Shown piece by piece: positions 26,970 through 32,000 of a stretch of 32,000 bases of DNA. Source of the stretch: Synechocystis sp. PCC 6803 substr. PCC-P (GTDB lineage: Bacteria > Cyanobacteriota > Cyanobacteriia > Cyanobacteriales > Microcystaceae); the NCBI RefSeq assembly GCF_000284455.1, contig NC_017039.1:3510001-3542000 (forward strand), given 5' to 3'. The notes under the pieces are model-generated. The model did not search any database. It was not told the DNA's origin and was given only the letters and a program-made list of their open reading frames with translations. Positions within the stretch are counted from its first letter, which is position 1. The number at the start of each line of letters is the position of its first letter. A program made the position numbers and the translations under genes.

Positions 26970-27902
26970 TTAAACGTTGGAATAAACGCTGTTTCTCAAG
27001 ATAGTGTAACCCTTGATTAACTCTTGAATACCCCGTCCCAAAGACCAGTCGGGAGTAAAGCCAGTGCTCAAAATTCTTTGGTTAGAAACAATGTAATCCC
27101 GCTTATCCGGATCCTCCCCGATGGGCGCTTCTAGATACACAAAATTGGGCAGATATTTACGGATTTCTGCACAAAGTTCCAGTTTGGATAAATTAGCATC
27201 CTCTAAGCCAACGTTATAGGGCTTACCCTTCATGGATTCAAAATTTTCCAAGCCATGGAGAAACACCTTGGCCACATCCCGGATATGAATATAATTGCGT
27301 TTAAAATGACCTTCAAAAATAACCACCGCCCGGTCATAAAAAGCACGGTAGACAAAGTCATTGACCAACAAATCCACCCGCATCCGGGGAGCCATACCAA
27401 ATACTGTCGCCAGGCGAAAAGTCATACTGTTATCCCGGGCTAACACCGCTTTTTCCGCTTCCACCTTAGTTACTCCATAGAGGGAAATGGGTCGCAGGGG
27501 ACTTTCTTCGGTACAAAATTTACCCTTTTCCCCAATGCCATAGCCACTATTGGTAACTGGCATCAAAATCCGCTGTTGGGGGCTGGCTAGTTGACAGATC
27601 ATTTCCACCGCCGTCTGGTTAGTGGTTTTAGTGCCAATTTGATCGCGACTGCACAGGGGAGCTCCCACTAGGGCCGCCAGGGGAATTATGACATCGGCGG
27701 TTTTTAGCTGTTCTTTAATCAGGTCTTCCTTGCGGCAATCCCCCCGGATAACGTTAAAAGTTTCATACTGACAGCATTCCGCCAAGCTATTTTGCTGGAA
27801 CATGAAGTTGTCTATCACCGTTACCTGGTATCCCGCCGCCAGCAAAGTGGGGGTCAGGACAGAACCAATGTAGCCACCGCCACCGGTAATCAAAATTTTC
27901 AT
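26970..27902 (-). CDS. NAD-dependent sugar-nucleotide epimerase/dehydratase (extended SDR)
   Basis: It has the Rossmann motif KILITGGGGYIGS and the catalytic YGVTK (YxxxK). The ORF track starts at GTG 27908. ATG 27902 gives the canonical MKILITGG N-terminus. Confidence 0.85.
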   Translation of the reverse strand: MKILITGGGGYIGSVLTPTLLAAGYQVTVIDNFMFQQNSLAECCQYETFNVIRGDCRKEDLIKEQLKTADVIIPLAALVGAPLCSRDQIGTKTTNQTAVEMICQLASPQQRILMPVTNSGYGIGEKGKFCTEESPLRPISLYGVTKVEAEKAVLARDNSMTFRLATVFGMAPRMRVDLLVNDFVYRAFYDRAVVIFEGHFKRNYIHIRDVAKVFLHGLENFESMKGKPYNVGLEDANLSKLELCAEIRKYLPNFVYLEAPIGEDPDKRDYIVSNQRILSTGFTPDWSLGRGIQELIKGYTILRNSVYSNV

Positions 27903-27987
27903 AATCACTCCTCCATGTTCTCTTTAACTATTTTTGAGCAAAAAATATCCGTTCCCAGTAAAGCAAAAAAAGGGCAACTTGCCAGAA

Positions 27988-28752
27988 TTATTGGGGAATG
28001 GTGAGAGCATCGTGGCGTTTGACCTCCTCCAGGTATTGCCCGATCGCCTCGGAGGTTTTGCCCATATAACGCACCACCCCCCGGTCTAACCAGATAGTGG
28101 TGGGACAGGCATCTTGAATAAAGCCCAGGCTATGGGAAACCACGAGAATCGTCGTATTGTGTCCCCAGAGCTTATCCATTCGGGCTTGGGATTTGTGCTT
28201 GAAACTTTCATCCCCCACAGATAAAACTTCATCCAAAATTAGAATATCCGGTTCCACATCGGTGGCAATGGCAAAACCCAACCGGGCTGACATCCCCGAA
28301 GAAAGGGACTTCACCGGCATATCCCCCAACGTTTGTAACTCAGCAAAATCCAGGATAGAATCCACCCGCTCCAACATTTCCTGGCGGGAAAATCCCAACA
28401 TCACACCGTAGAGAATAATATTATCCCGCACACACAAATCCGGGTCAAAGCCAGCCCCCAGCTCGATCAATGGTGCTATTTCCCCCCTCACCCGCAAACT
28501 CCCAGCAGAGGGTTCCAAAATACCGCAAATTACCTTGAGCAGGGTGGATTTCCCCGAACCATTGGAACCAATAATGCCAACTTTCTCCCCCGTCACCACC
28601 GTAAAATCTATATTGTCTAGGATTAGCTTACGGGAGGGCTTACGATACTTACCCTCAATGAAAGATAGTACGGTGCGCTTCAGGTCGTAGGAAAATTCCT
28701 CCTGGGTTCGACGGTACAAAGAAACTTTATCAAGACGAATAACTTCAGACAT
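27988..28752 (-). CDS. Polysaccharide/O-antigen-type ABC exporter, ATP-binding subunit (short Wzt/KpsT/TagH-like)
   Basis: Walker A is GSNGSGKST, the signature is LSSGMSARL, Walker B is ILILDE, and the H-loop is VSHS. It is only 254 aa, so it has no C-terminal glycan-binding domain. Confidence 0.92.
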   Translation of the reverse strand: MSEVIRLDKVSLYRRTQEEFSYDLKRTVLSFIEGKYRKPSRKLILDNIDFTVVTGEKVGIIGSNGSGKSTLLKVICGILEPSAGSLRVRGEIAPLIELGAGFDPDLCVRDNIILYGVMLGFSRQEMLERVDSILDFAELQTLGDMPVKSLSSGMSARLGFAIATDVEPDILILDEVLSVGDESFKHKSQARMDKLWGHNTTILVVSHSLGFIQDACPTTIWLDRGVVRYMGKTSEAIGQYLEEVKRHDALTIPQ

Positions 28753-28764
28753 CTAAAATTAGCT

Positions 28765-29580
28765 TTACAACAGATCCATGAAATTCTTTTGCCAGGAGCG
28801 AAAGCACAACCAACCCAGGGCCAATAAAATTAAACCATTTAATAGTCCATGAACAATCAAACCAGACTCGGGCAAATCCCCCGACAGGGAAATTTGACGA
28901 ATACTGTCAATGATCGGTAACAGGGGGTTGATGACCAAAAAGCGGCGCACTTGTTCCGGCACAATTTCGGATGGATAGAAAATGGGAGAACCGATCCAGA
29001 GCATGAAGGTTACTAGCTCATAGAAGTAGGGCAAATCCCGGAAAAATACGTAAAGGGCACTGACAAAAAAGCCTACCCCGGTGCACACTAGGCTCAGAGC
29101 CAACAAAGGAAAGAAAAGAGAAATGGCGTTAACAAACCACCAACCAGATTCCCAAGACTTATAAATGGTGACGATCGCCAATAGGGGTAATGGCCCCACC
29201 ACAAATTGGAACACGTTGGCGACGATCATGGAGAGGGGAAAGACACTGATGGGGAGCTTGATTTTATTCATGAGTCCCCCGCTGGCCACCACACTCGATA
29301 AAGCTTGGCTAGTGGAAGCAGAAAAAAAGTTAATCACTAACAGCCCCGTAAAGGCCGCCAGCACATAGTTCAGGGCAGACCCATAGAAGGAGGCAAAGGC
29401 CGCTCCGAAAATAGCCGCATAAATCCCTGTCATAATCAAAGGGTTTAGCAACGACCAGTAAACCCCCAAAAAGGAACCCCGGTAACGGCCTTTCAGGTTG
29501 CGCTCCACTAATATCTGTAAAAGTTCCAAGTAGCGCTGAATCGGGGACCAGTTCACCCTTGTCGGTAGCGAAAGAGCCAT
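28765..29580 (-). CDS. Polysaccharide/O-antigen-type ABC-2 exporter permease (Wzm/KpsM-like)
   Basis: It has six hydrophobic helices and the ABC-2 N-terminal pattern LLQILVERNLKGRYRGSFLGVYWSLLNP. The stop lies 12 nt before the ATPase start. I chose the internal ATG at 29580 (MALSLPT...). The track start at 29667 adds 29 unsupported residues. Confidence 0.85.
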   Translation of the reverse strand: MALSLPTRVNWSPIQRYLELLQILVERNLKGRYRGSFLGVYWSLLNPLIMTGIYAAIFGAAFASFYGSALNYVLAAFTGLLVINFFSASTSQALSSVVASGGLMNKIKLPISVFPLSMIVANVFQFVVGPLPLLAIVTIYKSWESGWWFVNAISLFFPLLALSLVCTGVGFFVSALYVFFRDLPYFYELVTFMLWIGSPIFYPSEIVPEQVRRFLVINPLLPIIDSIRQISLSGDLPESGLIVHGLLNGLILLALGWLCFRSWQKNFMDLL

Positions 29581-29786
29581 AAAAAATTCTAAAAGATTGC
29601 GGGGCGGCGCCGAGCTAAACAAGAATTGTATAGAGTTGTGTGACCTTTGTCGAGATGACAAGAACAAGAAAACTATGTAAGAGGGACTTTAGTAGTCCAC
29701 CTAAATTACTCTTGGTTGATCAAGACTGCCCAAAGAAACTGGGTTAGAATAGGTCGGTTCACAATTTTCCTTACTGCCCAAATTCC

Positions 29787-30854
29787 ATGGTTGTCAGCAC
29801 CGTTAATCCCACAGCGCCCATGCCTGTGACCCCCATTTTTAACCCCACTGGCAACGATTCCGTCGAGAACCGCACCATTTGGTTTGGCAACACTACCAAC
29901 TTGATGCAGTTGAATGATGTCCGCTACAACTGGGCAGTGGGATTGTATCAACAAATGCGGGAGAACTTTTGGATTCCCCAGCGCTTAGACATTACCCAGG
30001 ATGTCACCGATTACTGGAATTTAACCAACGAAGAGCGTTATGCCTTTGATGGTATTTTGTCCTATTTAACCTTTCTTGATTCTGTTCAAACCTGTAACAT
30101 TCCCCATTTAAAAAGTAGCGTTACCGCGCCGGAAATTAGCCTGTGTATGGCGGAGCAAATTTCCCAGGAGGGTATGCATAACCAAAGCTACCAGTACATG
30201 ATCGAGACGATTATTCCCACGGAAAAGCGGGATAAGGTGTACGAATTTTGGCGCACAGACCGGGTGTTAAAGGAACGGTGCGAGTACATTGCCATGCTCT
30301 ACCAAAAATATGTCGATCATCCCACCCAGGAGAATTATTTTATTGCCTTGATGGCGGACTATTTGCTGGAAGGATTATATTTTTACAACGGTTTTATTTA
30401 CTTCTATAACCTTGCTTCTCGTATGTTGATGCCGGGTTCTGCGGACATTTTTAAGATGATCAACCGGGATGAGTTGAGTCACGTGCGGCTATACCAAAAG
30501 CTAATTCCCGAAGCCATGCAGGTCTTCACCCACTCCACGGATCAGATTTATGAAATGTTTGATAAGGCGGTGGAGTTTGAATGTCGCTGGACTAACCACA
30601 TTGTCGGTAATAATATTCTCGGTATTACGGAATCTAGTACGGAACAGTACACTAAGTATCTTGCTAATAGTCGTCTACGGGCGATCGGTTTAGATCCCCT
30701 TTACACGGATGCTCGCTACGGGAAAAGTCCCTACACCCACTTGGAGCGTTTTTCCGACACGAAAAAAGAGGCTCACACTAAGGCGAATTTCTTTGAAGCA
30801 ACGGTGACTAGTTATGTGATGTCTTCTGGGGTATCCGGTTGGGACGAAATTTAG
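29787..30854 (+). CDS. nrdB: Class I ribonucleotide reductase, small (beta) subunit
   Basis: It has a ferritin-like di-iron fold: FLDS, EQISQEGMHNQSYQY (ExxH plus the radical tyrosine position), and INRDELSHVRLY (ExxH). Length is 355 aa. Confidence 0.94.
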   Translation: MVVSTVNPTAPMPVTPIFNPTGNDSVENRTIWFGNTTNLMQLNDVRYNWAVGLYQQMRENFWIPQRLDITQDVTDYWNLTNEERYAFDGILSYLTFLDSVQTCNIPHLKSSVTAPEISLCMAEQISQEGMHNQSYQYMIETIIPTEKRDKVYEFWRTDRVLKERCEYIAMLYQKYVDHPTQENYFIALMADYLLEGLYFYNGFIYFYNLASRMLMPGSADIFKMINRDELSHVRLYQKLIPEAMQVFTHSTDQIYEMFDKAVEFECRWTNHIVGNNILGITESSTEQYTKYLANSRLRAIGLDPLYTDARYGKSPYTHLERFSDTKKEAHTKANFFEATVTSYVMSSGVSGWDEI

Positions 30855-31777
30855 GGCATCACCACTGTCCCTGCTTTCCCGTCAATAATGTCTAAGGCTT
30901 GATCAAGTTTGCCGATGCCACACCATTGCCCGGTGGTTTCTACAAAGCGACAGGCCGCTTCTACCTTTGGCCCCATGGAACCCGCTGCAAATCGGTAACG
31001 GCGTAGATTTTTCGGGGTGGTTTGCTCAAAACAGTGAGCGTAGTTGGTGCTCCAATTTTCATACACACCATCGACGTCCGTTAGGAGTAGTAAACCTTGG
31101 GCTTGGAGATTTTGCGCCAACAGAGCAGCGGCTAGATCTTTGTCAATCACCGCTTCCACCCCTTGCAATCCTCCGGCTTCATTAACCACCACAGGAATGC
31201 CACCGCCCCCGGCACAAACCACTAATGCGCCGCTCTTCACCAACAATTGAATGGTGGGTAGCTCAATAATCCTTTTGGGTTCTGGAGAAGCCACTACCCG
31301 GCGGTATCCCTGGCCGTCGGCGGCGATCGCCCAACCCCTTTCCTGGGCCAACTGTTGAGCTTGTTCCAGGGTATAAACCGGGCCAATGGGTTTGGTGGGT
31401 TGCAAAAAAGCTGGGTCCTGGCGATCGACCACAATTTGGGTCAATAGGGTGACCACATCCCGCCCAGGTAGTTGATTGCGTAATTCCTGCTCCAACAGGT
31501 AACCGATCATGCCTTCCGTTTCTGCCCCTAACACGTCCAAGGGATAGGGCTTACAGGATTTTTCGCACTCCCCCTGTAGGGCCAGTAACCCCACTTGGGG
31601 GCCGTTGCCATGGGTGACAACGACGGGATAATGCCGGGCAATTTTGGCGATCGCCAGAGCGGCAATGTGAATGTTAGCTTTCTGAATTTCCGCTTCCGGA
31701 GGTTGGCCCCTTTGCAGTAAAGCATTTCCGCCCAAAGCAATGACAATGGGTCTGGTGTTTTGGTTAGGAGAATTCAT
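30851..31777 (-). CDS. arcC: Carbamate kinase
   Basis: It shows IALGGNAL, VVTHGNGPQVG, a GGGGIPVV-type loop (VCAGGGGIPVV) and a length of 308 aa. GGGAG lies about 12 nt upstream of the ATG. Confidence 0.92.
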   Translation of the reverse strand: MNSPNQNTRPIVIALGGNALLQRGQPPEAEIQKANIHIAALAIAKIARHYPVVVTHGNGPQVGLLALQGECEKSCKPYPLDVLGAETEGMIGYLLEQELRNQLPGRDVVTLLTQIVVDRQDPAFLQPTKPIGPVYTLEQAQQLAQERGWAIAADGQGYRRVVASPEPKRIIELPTIQLLVKSGALVVCAGGGGIPVVVNEAGGLQGVEAVIDKDLAAALLAQNLQAQGLLLLTDVDGVYENWSTNYAHCFEQTTPKNLRRYRFAAGSMGPKVEAACRFVETTGQWCGIGKLDQALDIIDGKAGTVVMP

Positions 31778-32000
31778 TGGCTTTGCTCCCTAGCCCCCGA
31801 CGGGCTAAAAACAAATCCAAAGCTTTACCTAATCCCGGTTCTTTCGCCTCGGCGTAATCATAAAAAACCCGCACCAATGGTTTATTCAATGGGATTAATC
31901 GGCCCAGATCACTGGGGGTACCGGATACCACCACGTCAACTTCAGCGGCATTGAGGGTATCCGCTAAAGCTTGTAATTGGGCGGGGAAATAACCCATCGC
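31764..32000 (-). CDS. C-terminal end of an upstream ORF that continues beyond the right edge of the window; product not recognised
   Basis: The reading frame is open to the window edge, and the ATG at 31997 is preceded by a further sense codon. Its stop at 31764-31766 overlaps the carbamate kinase start by 14 nt. I have a weak memory that cyanobacterial genes at this position are annotated as cyclic 2,3-diphosphoglycerate synthetase-like. I cannot verify that from 78 residues. Confidence 0.5.
   Translation of the reverse strand, partial: AMGYFPAQLQALADTLNAAEVDVVVSGTPSDLGRLIPLNKPLVRVFYDYAEAKEPGLGKALDLFLARRGLGSKANEFS

Noticed and set aside
29581-29786. I searched the nrdB upstream region for a cobalamin riboswitch or paired NrdR boxes.
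   Set aside because: I found only weak half-site resemblance (TTGTATAGAGTTGTGT around 29626-29641). There is no second box at helical phasing and no B12-box-like conserved core. The evidence is insufficient.
29706-29954. An 82-aa minus-strand ORF overlaps the nrdB start.
   Set aside because: It overlaps the well-supported nrdB N-terminus and has no motifs. The divergent exporter operon already accounts for the minus-strand signals further left.
26752-31322. A 4.6-kb stretch without any exact HIP1 copy covers the glycan exporter operon and nrdB. I considered it as a sign of horizontal acquisition.
   Set aside because: With 27 sites (mean spacing about 1.2 kb), a gap this long has a probability of about 0.02 per interval. 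That gives about 0.5 such gaps expected among 27 intervals. A 3.1-kb gap also covers glgC, which is a core gene. One-mismatch HIP1 variants occur inside the stretch, and base composition looks ordinary.
1-32000. I looked for tRNA-like T-arm motifs (GGTTCGAATCC-type), rRNA, CRISPR repeat-spacer periodicity, and defence or toxin-antitoxin gene pairs.
   Set aside because: None was found by eye. The only T-arm-like strings (for example GGGTTCAATCTTG at about 19095 and GGGTTCGACGG at about 28705) lack complementary stems, or they lie inside well-supported CDSs. A tRNAscan, Infernal or defence-finder run would be the decisive check.

Overview
The window looks like cyanobacterial chromosomal DNA. 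Gene content and order match my memory of Synechocystis sp. PCC 6803: htpG / glgC ... anmK / prfA-surE / psbA1 ... petC2 ... pspA ... adhA-argG ... purK ... nrdB / carbamate kinase. I also counted 27 exact HIP1 octamers (GCGATCGC) by manual scan. This identification is from memory and should be confirmed by alignment. I support about 38 protein-coding genes, one decayed IS transposase at the left edge, and four weak-to-moderate intrinsic terminator candidates. I recognised no rRNA, tRNA, CRISPR array, prophage or obvious defence or toxin-antitoxin locus. Most of the window is ordinary housekeeping DNA. Two places merit a second look. (1) The same-strand block 10361-14732 starts with the divergent D1-prime gene psbA1 and contains the alternative Rieske gene petC2. 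Between them sit two methyltransferases, a secreted rhodanese and a DUF2892 mini-membrane protein, and a DUF2214 membrane protein follows petC2. I read this as a possible low-oxygen and sulfur-handling photosynthetic module whose middle genes are uncharacterised. (2) A single-TM, proline-rich protein ends 17 nt upstream of pspA (14909-16638) and could be a membrane partner for PspA. Functions assigned to uncharacterised genes are inference from motifs and gene context. I cannot run homology searches here.
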